A stretch of DNA of 63,213 bases, the filler included, from Choristocarpus tenellus KU-1152 (Eukaryota > Protista > Phaeophyceae), in NCBI GenBank assembly GCA_964200185.2. It is 14 parts of 14 records of this genome, joined end to end, with 100 filler letters (N's around TTAATTAATTAA, not from the genome) between each part and the next. Parts side by side here need not be neighbours in the genome. Positions count along the whole stretch, not along the records: positions 50,368 to 55,829 come from CAXNAD020010714.1; positions 55,930 to 59,390 come from CAXNAD020019878.1; positions 59,491 to 63,213 come from CAXNAD020018296.1; 11 more parts are not named here. One strand, 5' to 3'. Shown piece by piece: positions 51,073-63,213 of this stretch (the stretch's first letter is position 1; each line of letters begins with the position of its first letter). The notes below the pieces were generated by a model. That model made no database searches. It worked only from the letters and a program-made list of their open reading frames with translations, and was not told where the DNA came from. A program made the position numbers and the translations under genes.

Positions 51073-51814
51073 GCAATAGCAATAATAATAGGGCGGGCTG
51101 TGATGCGGAATTTGTGATAGAGTTAGGGCTGGAGGAGGGTTCATTGTAAGAGTGTGGAGGCTACAGCCAGCTATGTGTGAAACCGAACTGTTTTCTAATT
51201 GTACAAGGAGTGTAATAACAGCAAACCAACTCATTCAAAAGGGAGAATCACAAGGCATTTTCTTCCTGACCCAACAAAGAGGAAACAATCCGAACAATTA
51301 AACGTGATTAAAGTGATCGATTGCCAACGGTAACCCAACCCTCTAAATGAACACCAAATAGTGCACCACAAGATGATGTACTGCTAGTACAAACCAATCA
51401 CGGTGAGGGCAATAGCGACGATAAAAGAGTAGAAAAAGGAACAGCAAACAGAACTGTAAATTTCAATTTTGAAAAAGAACAGTAATTTTGATGAAATAAC
51501 AGAAATAATAACAGGAACAGAATTTTTTTTAATTAGAACAATGAGAAAAAACAAACAAGGAACACTGATGGTGATGAAATAACAGGAATAATATTAGGAA
51601 CAAAACTAAATTCTTGAAGATTCAAGACGAAAAAGAATAACAATATAATAGTACAGTGTAGTCACACACACACACACACACACATACACACAGACACACA
51701 CAGACATACATACATACATACATATATACATACATACACAATTCCAGTTTACCTCTTAAACCTCAGTAACAGCAAACAAACAAAAATAACTGTACACTTA
51801 AACAGCAAAAATAC

Positions 51815-54800
51815 CTCAGCTCGGCCTTGGTCATCTCCAAGGCCTCCCCCAGGGAGCTCCAGAAGTGCACTTCCTCCGCAGCGCTCTCTGGAAAAGATCG
51901 CACTGAGCGGTTGGCCAGGACAGTGAGTCGTTGTATGTCCTTAACCCATACATTCACCACAGCCTGGCGGTGTCAAATTGGCCAATAGAGACGCAATGGA
52001 GGAGGATCGGAAAACAAAAAAAAATAGAGTTAGGGTTAGGTTTAGGGTTAGGGTTAGGGTTAGGGTTAGGGTTACGGGTAAGATCAAGAAAAAACAAGAT
52101 TGATTACAAAAAAAAATATCAGCAATAATTTGAGGATAGGGTTAAGGTTAGGGGTAAGATCAAGAACAAACAAGGTTGATTACAAATATATATATATCAG
52201 CAATAATTTAAGGTTAGGGTTGGGGTAGGGGTAAGATCAAGAACAAGGTTGATTACAAAAAAAAATATCAGCAATAATTTAAGGTTAGGGTTGGGGTTAG
52301 GGGTTAGATCAAGAAAAAACAAGATCAATTACAAAAAATAATAATGACAGCGATGTCCACATCAAGAGAACAACGTCGGAGGACAAGTGCATCCTACTTT
52401 ACTACTCAATTGAACTTTAACAAACTGATAGAAATGGATTCGGTGCAGCTCGTATCTCCCACCCTCTTTTTCTTGTTCTTTTTTTTACCTCAGGCCTTGC
52501 CCCAACAATTCACAACAACACAGGTAGGATTTTTTTAAATTACATTTCAAGGTAAAATAAAAAAACATGTAAAAGAGGCTTGAAAGAAGGGCTTTGTCGG
52601 GAGTGAGTGTAGATTGCTGTCAAATGCTGTCAAATGCTGTCAAATGCTGTCAAATGCATCTACGAGGAGATCAACAGGGTATGAGGTATGCACAGATTCA
52701 CAAACAAACAAACAAACAAACAAACAAACATACATACATACATACATACATACATACATACATACATACATACATACATACATACATACATACAAACAAA
52801 CAAGAGCAAAGAGATTCACAGGGTGGGAGAGGATACAAGTTGAAACAGATGCATCACACTGGCTCTATGAAATATGACTGCAATTACAATGATGGAGATG
52901 CTGCTATTGGTACCACTTGCACTCCACCCTTGAACCTAGATATTGCTGGTATCGATGTGGGGAACGTTCTGTGATGTAACGTGCAGAGACAGCATGGGCA
53001 GTACCTACTACCTACTACATAAATACATATGTTCGAGTGTGTATACTGGATACAAAGTACATGGTAGACATTGATATGTTCTGGGAACCAAATACTCAGA
53101 CTTACTATGGCACACAATACACACACAAATTTATGAAGTGCTGAGCATAAAGTAACCGGCATACATACACATATGTGTATTAGGTAATATGTACATACCA
53201 CACATAAATACACTCTAGGTACTAAATACTCAGACTTACTACAGCATACAATACACATATGTGTATTAGGTAATATGTAAACTACCACACATAAATACAC
53301 TCTAGGTACTAAATACTCAGACTTACTACAGCATACAATACACACACATCTATGAAGTACTGAGTACAAAGCAGACAGTATACATACATATACATGTACT
53401 GGGTACCAAGTATGCGGTAGGCTCAAGCAAAACAATAAACAATATCAGGATGGCAGAGACGTACGGATAAACTTTACAACTGAAAAAATAAGGATAAAAT
53501 ATACAACCAAAGTGGGCTGGGAGTCAATAGGTGGAACATCCTAATGTGGAACTGGGCAACAGGGGAGGGGGGAAGAGAACAATTGTTTCGTCTACGTAGG
53601 GAGGGGGTAGGAATGCTTCATCACTAAATATAGATTTGGCACATGGGTTGTGAAGGGATAACTTTGAGAAGAGTGAGGTTAGGGTTTTGGCAAGGTGATA
53701 TAGAGTCATCCCCATCGGTTCAAGCCTGCAACATATATGCAACATATGCAGTTGACAGGACCTGCAAGCATCAAAGCCCTGCTTTGAAACATTGATCAAA
53801 ACCAATAATACTACTATTACTACCATTACTGCTATTACTACAACTACTACTACTACAATAATAATAATAATAATAATAAAAATGGTTGAAATGAAAATAA
53901 TAATAATGGAGCTTTGTATAAGAGGAGAGAGCACCACAAGAGACTAATTCTCCCACAATAAAGTTAAAAACTCAAACCCTAACCCTAATCCTAACCCTAA
54001 CCCTAACCCTAGCCCTACCCACTGAAACAAACAATTTAATACAGAGTAAGGCTACTACAATGATTAATCGTATCAGATTACACACACTATTTAACAGGCT
54101 TCACACATTGACCTTTAAAAAAACACACACCTAGGCTAGTACCACAAGGAAAATTCCTCTGAGAAAAAATAAATGAAACAAATTGTATAGAGCCTTTTCA
54201 CTCTCCTCCTTTTCAATAATCTTGAGGGGTGGAAAGGTGAGAATAATCCCTGATCTGTTCATGGCACTAGCCTGTCTCGGATCAGCCCTCTATTCCTAAT
54301 CCATTACTATATTTCATAACATGCTTTTCCCCCTCAAGTCAACCGATCATTCTACTGTAGTATAGATTGTGTTTACCCCTTGGTCCATCCCCCTAACCCT
54401 AACCCTAACCCTAACCCTATGTATTAGGGCGTAACTACTCTGATCAGCCCCTAACCCTAATCAACTAGAAAGTATTACACCATATCAACCCCTCAATTCG
54501 CCTACTACTATATTTTCAAAAATTTAACAGCTCTTTTCTTGAGCTCGCACACCATTGCAAAGAAATAAAAATCGCAAACCCTATCTCCAGATCAAGATCC
54601 AGGAACAGTCAACAAAAAGAGTTAAGGGCAGAAGCAAGGCAAGGTGTGTAATCGTCTATTGAAAAAAAAAAATTGAAGGAAAATTCTGAACATGTTCTTG
54701 GCGGTACCAAACATCATCAACAGCAACAACAACAACAAAATGTGGTTTAGGGAGTTGGCACTGCATAAGAAAAGTGTCTGCATATCCAATACCAGTAACA

Positions 54801-55571
54801 TCTTCAAGATTTTCAGGCAGTGTTTATCAACTCGATTGTACAAGTAGGTGCCTGGAAAACCCTGTGTGTGTGTGTGTGTGTGCAAGTGTGTGTCCAGTAT
54901 GGACAGCGAAAAGAAAGAAACTGCCATTGTAGTACACCAATGTGGTGAATGGAGCAACCCCTCAAAAATCGAAGAGCTTTTGGCTTAAACCCTAACCCTA
55001 AGAAAGGGCATACTGCAGAGACCTAACCCTGCTTGTTGTGGGAATATGGTAAGTCATTGTCTATTGCTTATAGGGCTGTTTGTGGAAGAAATAAATATAG
55101 AACCTACAGATACATTGAAAAAAAAATGTTTGAAATCATATGTTCACCGATAGCGTAGGACTTACAAAGACGACAAGGGTTATGGAAATAACAAACGGAT
55201 AGGACCTCAGCCAGAGTGTGTAAGGAAAAAAACAAGAGAACGCAGAGTGTGGGTTAGGGTTAGGGTTAGGGCTACCTAACTCTAGGATATAATGTAATAG
55301 CAACACGGAAGAAAGGGCCTGCATAAGAGACCAAGACGATAGTTATACATACCTGCACTTGATTCAGGAAAGAGTCATCATGCACACGCCCCCCAAGTCC
55401 CAGACGGTCCAGGTTCACTTTCCCCCCAGCCCCAACCTTGGCCGCCGCAGCCTCAACCTCTGGGTGGGGATTGAGGCGCACTGTGGGTATCTCTAGTCTC
55501 TTCTGACACCGGTAGAGAGCCTGCTCTAGCTCTGTAATGCGTCTTTGAAGAGAAGACACTCCAGACTCCAA
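51815..55571 (-). CDS. DYNC1H1: Cytoplasmic dynein 1 heavy chain, two N-terminal-region exons
   Basis: Exon 55353-55571 (LQRRITELEQALYRCQKRLEIPTVRLNPHP...DDSFLNQVQ) joins in phase 0 to exon 51815-51963 (AVVNVWVKDIQRLT...SAAEEVHFWSSLGEAL). This parallels the dynein-1 segment KIAELEMGL..LQQNIEIP...[20 protein letters not shown]...EISFW. Confidence 0.88.
52028..52335 (+). repeat. Intronic (TTAGGG)n tract followed by ~75-bp tandem units containing TTAGGG variants
   Basis: About 7 TTAGGG units, then 4 copies of AGATCAAGAA...TTACAAA...TCAGCAATAATTT. Other telomere-like tracts lie at ~44237, 53978, 54392 and 55250. Confidence 0.85.
53085..53345 (+). repeat. Degenerate ~87-135-bp tandem repeat
   Basis: AAATACTCAGACTTACTA recurs at ~53090, 53224 and 53311. 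Confidence 0.75.
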
Positions 55572-58500
55572 CTGAGAATACAAACATGGGGAGAAGGGAA
55601 TCACAGAGTATATTTTGGGGGGCAGGTGGGGAGGGGGCAAAAGTAGGATTTTTTTTTTGGAGCAAGTTTGTCAAAACTTATTTCTTATAGTGTGGTACTC
55701 TTTGACACTACAATACACCTTATAAAAGTAGAGGCATGATGTCGTCATCTGCAACTTAGGAAATTCATGAACACATTTAACTCCAACCTCAGATTAAGGG
55801 TCTTACGCATGGTGAACTGGGGGGCCGGGNNNNNNNNNNNNNNNNNNNNNNNNNNNNNNNNNNNNNNNNNNNNTTAATTAATTAANNNNNNNNNNNNNNN
55901 NNNNNNNNNNNNNNNNNNNNNNNNNNNNNAAAGAAAAAAAAAAGGAAGGGAAAAGAAGGGGGGAAGGAAAGGAGGGGGGGGGGGGGGGAAGACAGGAGAG
56001 CTGGAGGGATAGAAAAAGAGGACAGAAAAATGTAAAAATTTAAAAAGAGTTGTGCATTATGTTCATCTTTGTGTCAGTGCCATCAAAACAAGACATTGGA
56101 AAGTGACTATTGATACTGCACACTCATCCCAGGGTAGATGAAAAAAGCATTGGAAAATCTACACCAGGCAGGAGAGGGCAGGACATGAAAGGATATCAAA
56201 TCAAATGGGTGCAGCAGCATCCAGTGGGGAACTGTGGGCTGTGGTTCGTTGAACTGAATCTTCATAGAAGCCAAAAAAAAAAAAAAGCGGTGTTGCCAAG
56301 GTGGACAAGGACAAAGGTATCTCTGACCTTCAAGGCCAACCTCCCACCCTCATTATCTAGTTAGAACATGCTAGAGCAACAAACCCACCATAGTGAGCCA
56401 CTACAATAGTACCATATCACAGACTATCAAACCAGCACCACTTGCAAGAGAACAGCAGTACAACTATGCAAAGTCTTCAACCTCAAGTAAAGACAAAAAT
56501 GTAAGCATTTTGAAGAAGAGACCACAAAAAAAGAACTACACCACGAGCCCAGTAACAGCCCCCCTCCCCCCCCCCTCCCACACACACACAAAACACACCA
56601 CTAAATGGCAAATAATCGACAGTCATTTTATGTTATCAAGCAAACAAAGACCATGGACTCTTCATTAACAAAACCTCCAACAAACAGCATCGTCATCAGC
56701 AACAGTAGAGGCATCTCCTGGGCAAACCTCAAACCAATACCAACACAAGAACAAAAACAGGGCTCGGGAGCAATTCATCTCTGATCCCCAATCCCTGTGC
56801 AGCAATTCTTGGCAAGAACGTAAGCGAGCATATTCTTGAGAGTATGGGGTACAAGTGGCAAGTCCTGCCCCTAATACTTCTCATGCGACACTATACATTG
56901 GATGCCCTCCCAGTAGGCATCCATCTGCTTATGGTACTGTATAGCTCGGATGACACATCATCTAAACTCTTGGATGATCATCGGGTCATGTCATATTGGT
57001 TATGTTACTTGTTTCTCAATCTATGTCATTGGTTAAATAACAGCCTCAAGAAATAATAAAAACAAAAATAAAAGGGGAAAAAATAATAAAGCACTATATT
57101 GTAATGAAATAGTTATTACATACACAATATGTTTTTCCCTTTAAAAAAAAAAGAAAAAGAACATTAAATTAAGATTTTTTTTACAGAATAGCAATATTCA
57201 AAGTTTTGGTAGCGATTATAGAATTGTTCATATTTATTTTATTGTTTCCTCCCAACTATAAAAACGCTACTAACTCTCTTCTTCTACCCGTATGACAACA
57301 AAAGCTGTCACTACCAAAAAATCAGTCCAGATAGCTGGTGGTTGTATGTTCAGTTCACCCAATACATTGCGAACAAGACGTCCATACAACTTTTGTAACT
57401 CTTAACACTTTTGTGTACTCTACCAAAAGTCTCAGTTATTTGAACTCTCATCCCACCCTACAATGTACTCCAAATCAGTACAAATTAGTGTAACCAAGAA
57501 AATAGTAACCCAAAAGAAGTGGAGAAAAAATAATTCATGTGTGCAAGTATTCTGACATGGCATTTCAAGCACATTATGGGACATCAATCAAACCATACCA
57601 TTATGTTGTCAAAAGGTCATCTCATTTCAAGCACATTATGAGAATAATCAAAACAACCATACCATTGTGTTGTCAAAAGGGTTCAAGTGGATCAGCAAGA
57701 TCTAGGACCACCAAGTACTACGAACTTCCCAGTCAGTCTACACCTCTGACTCAGTTATTCTTCAACTCAAGGCAGTGAGCCACATTTGGACAAAGCAATA
57801 TTTCAACTTCAACTTCAACTTTGCATCATACCACCCGGAATATCAAAACCCTCCTCTCATTTCAATTGGCGTAACAATAGTCTCTTGATAGTGTTGAGTA
57901 AATCAAAGGCATCACAGAACACAAATCCAAATATAATATATATATATATGTTCTCATCTGTACCACAGTGACCACCCCTACATTACACAAACCAATACAC
58001 CACGATGGATGATGATATTCTTGATCAACGCGATGACCCCCCCCCCCCCACACACACACACACGGTGTAAGAAGAAATAAGCAACAAATCAAACCGTTTG
58101 TTTTCAATCATCATTTTAAGAATAATTTCTTCAAAAGCAGGCCGCCAACTAGTCCAAAAAGTCAGTTTCCCTTCTTTAACCGTCTTGCAAATCAACCGTC
58201 AGCAAAGTGGTACATGAAAGTGGTACATGTCAATCAATTCCACATACAACATTTGTATATTTTTCTTAATAATATCATACCAGTGAATCAATTCATTTAT
58301 TATTATTGTATTTAGTAGTTGTTATTGTGGTAGTAGTAGTAGTAGTAGTATATTAACAGAAAGCCTGTTCTAAAGCAATGTTTTTAATGTTTATTAGCAA
58401 TATTCCCATTAGTACAATCGCGGTAATTCACGCAACAAATTCTCTCAAAAGGTACAAAGTAGATGAACAACAAGTCTGTAAATTACACCGACTGCAATAA

Positions 58501-61500
58501 ACAATAGCTAACAGGCAACACCTCGATGCGCACACCATACTATACTTTATAATATAGAAAACAAAGGCACACACATTTCCCTGGCACCACAGAGCATACA
58601 ACAACATAAATTACCAGCTTGGATTTTTAAAATATACACATATATACATACATATTTATATGTATCATTGGGGATATTCTAGGAGGGGAAAATGAATAAT
58701 GGACAAACATAAAATTGTCAATCTATATATATGTATATATATATACATGTATGTGTATTTCAACTCTTCTCCACAACAGGCAATTTATAACATTAAACTC
58801 CATCTGATGACAAACAATAAAATTGGAAACAATCATGACAGGTGCGGCATGAATGTGAACAGACACAATCAAGTCACCATCACACCTCAATTCATTTATC
58901 TGCTAGCCCTCAGAGGTAAAATGTCATCCCCCATCCCTTTGTTCTCTTATCCACTCGAGGAAACGGGTGGGGGAGGGGGGGGCGAATGTAGAGGACAACA
59001 CTACAAACACCCCCAAGATATGCGCCAACCAGTCCAACTTTACAAGCCGGTGCATAAGTGGCGAATTACATTTTTAAACCTCTCGGAAAAAAAAAACTTT
59101 TCCGAAAGTTTTTTATCGAGAACGGTTGCCCCCCAATTCGGTACAAGCAGGATAATAAAAAAGGAAGGTTCTACACAAGGGGCAAAACAAAAATAAGTAG
59201 CATAGTAGTGCAGATGGTCCTTGTCAATTGTGTCAATACAAACAATAGGGTTACGGTAAGAGCAAGGGGCACAAAAAAATGGACCAGGAAGCACAAGGCG
59301 TGGCAAGGAGTTAGTTGGGGAGGGGGAGGAAGGGTGGGGAAGGGAAGCATGGGGGACAAGGGGAAGCAAGGGGGAGGGGACAAAGGGAAANNNNNNNNNN
59401 NNNNNNNNNNNNNNNNNNNNNNNNNNNNNNNNNNTTAATTAATTAANNNNNNNNNNNNNNNNNNNNNNNNNNNNNNNNNNNNNNNNNNNNTCCCCCTACC
59501 CCCCCCCCTCACTTAGTGGTTGTCACCCTAGTAATACTCTCGAAGCTTTTGATGTTTTTTGCTCATGCCGACCCTTCTTCTGCTCATTGACAGCTCTCCA
59601 ACCTCCTCCTATGCAAAATGTGGTCTTCTTGTCGAGTTTGCTCAGGTACACTCCTGCTCCTTCTGTTTCAATACCATGCTTCCTGTCAAGTTTTGATAAA
59701 CTAGAGAGCTACAATTGGTGATATCTGGGGTTTCCATCTCCATTTACCTCTTCATGGAGACACCATTGTAACACCCACATTTCCTCGCCCGCCCCTGCCT
59801 TGCCCTTGCTGCCTCACTCTTTTGTCACACTACCGTATTGTTTTTGATGGTGCTATACGACCTCCTTGGTAAGGCTTGTTACATGCATCAAAGGGGGAGA
59901 TGCCTGACAACTGTCAATCAAGGGTAAAAAGAGAGGGAACCTCTCCATTCATGTCGTCCCTATCTTCTCAACAGAAATATCACACTTTATACATTTTCTT
60001 CAGGCAACCTTATATGATACAGGGTCATCAGGGAGATGGGAGTACATACACATGTGGCTACCCATACCATTCTTCCCTCCCCTTCCTCTTCCTCCTCCTC
60101 CTCTTCTCCCTTCTCCTTATCCTAAAGTGTCCCCTCTCTCCTCTCTGTCCATGTAGCCTCTTGAGACATATTTTGAGGTGATTGGTGGTGCTAGGTTTGC
60201 AGTACATGTGTGAATGTACCAGGTGTTTGTCAGGAACATCCTCAATGACTAAGGAAAGTTGATGGTCCTTCTGTAGCCGTGGCGTGATCCTGGACTAAGG
60301 CTGTCTTGAGTGCTGATCCTTGGTAGGCCTCCTTGTTTTTGGCTCTGCTGTTGAACCCTTTCTCCATCACCTCTGTGACCTCATGCACAGTTTGGTTGTG
60401 TTGGGCAGTGTGATGTAATGTTTTTGCATAACATTCATTATTTAGAGGGGGATGCACTCACAGGACTCGTAGAGTTGGTTGGTTGGGGTCACTATTTGGC
60501 CTTTACCTTGTTTCTTGAAGCAGTCAGGAGATATTGTTGCACACCTTGGAGAAGGAGAAGAGAGGACAGCCTGCAGTGTTGTCATTTATTGTCATGACCC
60601 CACCGGGTTTGTTTCTTGTAGCAACAGGCCAGCTTTTGTAGATAAAAGTTTTTTCCTGAGATGAATAACTAATATCCTCCACAAGACCATTATGCACTGC
60701 TAGAGGGATCTTTTGGATGTATTAAATGATGCCCGCCAGACAAGTAATAAAGCACTACAATTTTGGGGGGATTCATGAGGAGGGACAACACGATTTTGTA
60801 CTGTTGTTTGCTGCATTCATAGGGTCGGATTAGGGATCTTGGGTTGGTCAGGGGAGGAGAGTGCAGTGGATAGATCTTACCAGAGATTGTATTGGGTGTG
60901 GGATTTCTGTATGTGATCGCTTAGCAGTTGCGATGTTTTTGAGTAGTTGTGTAAGAAAATGTTGTAGAGACTTGGTGCATCGTAAGACGTGAGATTCTGA
61001 TAATTTCACTGAACACTGTTCAATGCAAGTCTTGCTGTTTACCCATTGGCGGTTATTATTTGTGCGTGCTGTTAAGATAGTTACATCATTAAAAAGGTCA
61101 GTTTTGTTGCAAATAAAAGCATACTTACGAAATGTGTGTATGTGTACCCCTTGCACAAGAAGGGTCATTTTATGTCACAATACCAACCGAGAGGCACAAG
61201 TTAACATGTTTTGTCTGATTAAAAGGGTAGGCAAATATTACGTTAGTGCTCCTGTGTTTTTTTTATGGTAAGGAATTTAATGTTTTCTATTAGTGAAATG
61301 GCTTCTGAGTAATTTTCCTATCTGCTTTGTCACCAATGTTTTATGATCAATAACATGCACTCTCCTACTATGTACTTGGAGGGGTATAACTACAACTTGT
61401 TAGTTGTCCCCATAATTTTGCCTTTTCATCAACTGTTTAAATGTTTTTTTCTGAAGTACTGGAAAAGTTGAGGTAGGTGCCAACACATGTTTAGATTCTT

Positions 61501-61699
61501 AGTAGTATGTTGCGTTGAACCAGCAACGGAGTGTGTTTGCGTCATTTAGGAAATTACCTCTACTACAATAGAATGTGATGCTATTTCTAGACATACAGTT
61601 AGTACAACTACTAGTCCTACTGCGTATACTTGTAAAAATGACCTATTTTTCGGTATTGCATATATTGTTTATAATGAAAATAAGAATAGAGATGGTTGA

Positions 61700-61960
61700 C
61701 CTAGGTAGAAGTGGCTAGGTCATCTCCAAAGGGTCAACAAATCATATATCGAAACAAAACCAATGATTCTTTATTATTGAACCGAGTGCAGGTTGTGATC
61801 TAGAACTTAACATAATACCATAATTTTCTACATCAATCAACTGATCACTTGATCGTGTATTGAGGTTATCATCAGAAAGATGTTCTTGTAGGATAACATG
61901 AATATTAACTGCTTGGAAACCAAAAGAGTTCACTCGAGCAATTCTCTTGTTCTCTTTATT
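61700..61960 (-). pseudogene. Possible Ulp1/C48 peptidase remnant (TE-associated)
   Basis: EHLSDDNLN ... IIKNHWFCFDI*FVDPL resembles WLxDxxIN ... NxHW...D(S/P)L. Confidence 0.3.
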
Positions 61961-62238
61961 GAAGAATCTACGGCCCGATCAGTGAAGTGGTGTGGAATGT
62001 TCCAACGGAGTTTGGGTATTATTTGGAATCAGGTATTGATAATTGAGTTGTAAGTATGAGGGTGATCGGGGCTAGCTCCTGACTGTCGCAACACTCGACA
62101 CCTGCAAAAGAGGTAAGTTTTGTTGTGAACAGAACGCTCAGCAAGTGACAACGGAAACCTTCATATTCCACTACTTCAATAAACTCAATACAATCGAAAA
62201 TAGTTTGAGGCGCAAGAAGAAGTGAAGTATGTCTCCTA

Positions 62239-62375
62239 AACAGCCGATTTCAAAAATTGAGGATGGAGCTACTTGTAATACAAAAAAAAACATATCGACA
62301 CTTTATCCCAATCAATTTGGGTTCAAGCCCATCCTCAATGAAAAGCTCCATCCTCAATTTTTGAAATCGGCTGTT
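62239..62375. mobile_element. 137-bp MITE with perfect 31-bp TIRs and 4-bp TSD CCTA
   Basis: CCTA|AACAGCCGATTTCAAAAATTGAGGATGGAGC...GCTCCATCCTCAATTTTTGAAATCGGCTGTT|CCTA. Confidence 0.93.
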
Positions 62376-63192
62376 CCTAGCGCTAGAGTCCCCTGAGCTG
62401 GTGAGGTGTCATGTTGCTGGAGGAGAATTATTTTTGTAGGTACTACCCTCATTTGGGTGATCTTTTCCAAGTAACAGTTCGTCTTTCATACCTGAGGCAA
62501 AACTCTTAAAATTGATATTTTGCTCCCAAGACTGAAGAGAAAGTGAACGTGGGAATTGCCAAGGAGAACATTCTGTTTTTTTTCTTCACCCCCCTCGTCT
62601 TACTTTCCATCCAAGGTCTCAATCATGCGATAATCTAGATGTTACGGACAGCCACATGAGCATGTATGTATGTGATGGTGATAGAGCTGTGGTTGGTTCT
62701 GAGCCTCTGTGAATGGCATAAGAAGGGGTGCAAGGACGTCTGACGGAGTCCAACCAAGGAGTTTTGTGGTGTCATCCCCCAACCTCTGTCGTGGTCAGTT
62801 CGTTCGAATTGATTGGATGTGATGAGCAAAGGGCAGAGAACCAACCAAGAACAAAAAGAGGAAGAGATAGAGCAACACACAAGCTGCAACCGAGAATAGA
62901 CACAAGGCAATACTGACAACACAAATCCAAACCTGTATGATGAAACTGCTGGTATCGAAATAAGAGCAGCTGGGCGTGGGGAAAATGAAGGGCGTAGCAT
63001 GGTCATGCACTACTGCTACTAATTGCAGCCATTGCACACTGCGAGTAGTGGTGGTGCAGAAACAGACTGCACTTATTTCTTTGTGATGGGTATAGTATTT
63101 GGACGGAAGTCCGTAGACATGCGTACAACTATTACATGTGTGACATGTGGGGCGGGCTTTTGTGTTGTTGTGTCGTCTCTTGAATAGAAGAG

Positions 63193-63213
63193 GGGTCAAA
63201 GTATCTTGGGGGG
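63193..63213. mobile_element. MITE family A-type terminus at window end
   Basis: GGGTCAAAGTATCTTGGGGGG. Confidence 0.6.

Noticed and set aside
55930-61600. Short ORFs in the last two contigs
   Set aside because: No motif or consistent exon chain was found; probably intronic, intergenic or old TE sequence.

Overview
This window is eukaryotic, intron-rich and repeat-rich. It is not contiguous DNA: 14 short contigs are joined by 13 artificial 100-nt linkers (44 N + TTAATTAATTAA + 44 N), so adjacency across linkers means nothing. Long GT-AG introns, intronic TTAGGG tracts and the gene set suggest a stramenopile, probably a brown alga (inference). Host gene fragments are the 3' five exons of a Methanosarcina/alphaproteobacterial-type phosphoserine aminotransferase, two exons of cytoplasmic dynein heavy chain, and three uncharacterised spliced genes. 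Most of the rest is transposon debris: mariner-like and Sola-like (DUF7869-type) transposase pseudogenes, Ty3/gypsy pol and gag remnants, an LTR with a tRNA-Gln-type PBS, and about 17 copies of two related MITE families sharing the inner TIR AAAGTATCT. The best candidate for something new is at 17.7-20.4 kb. Removing a MITE and one 4-bp TSD restores a 148-aa ParB/Srx-like reading frame. It lies head-to-head with a copy of the ATG and upstream region of the Sola-like transposase gene seen at 27.5 kb. The AT-rich spacer between them carries two perfect GATTAGCGCTAATC palindromes, and inverted copies of a long repeat bracket the whole cassette. This suggests a eukaryotic DNA transposon carrying a ParB-like gene and candidate binding sites. 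All protein assignments are by-eye motif recognition; no database searches were run.
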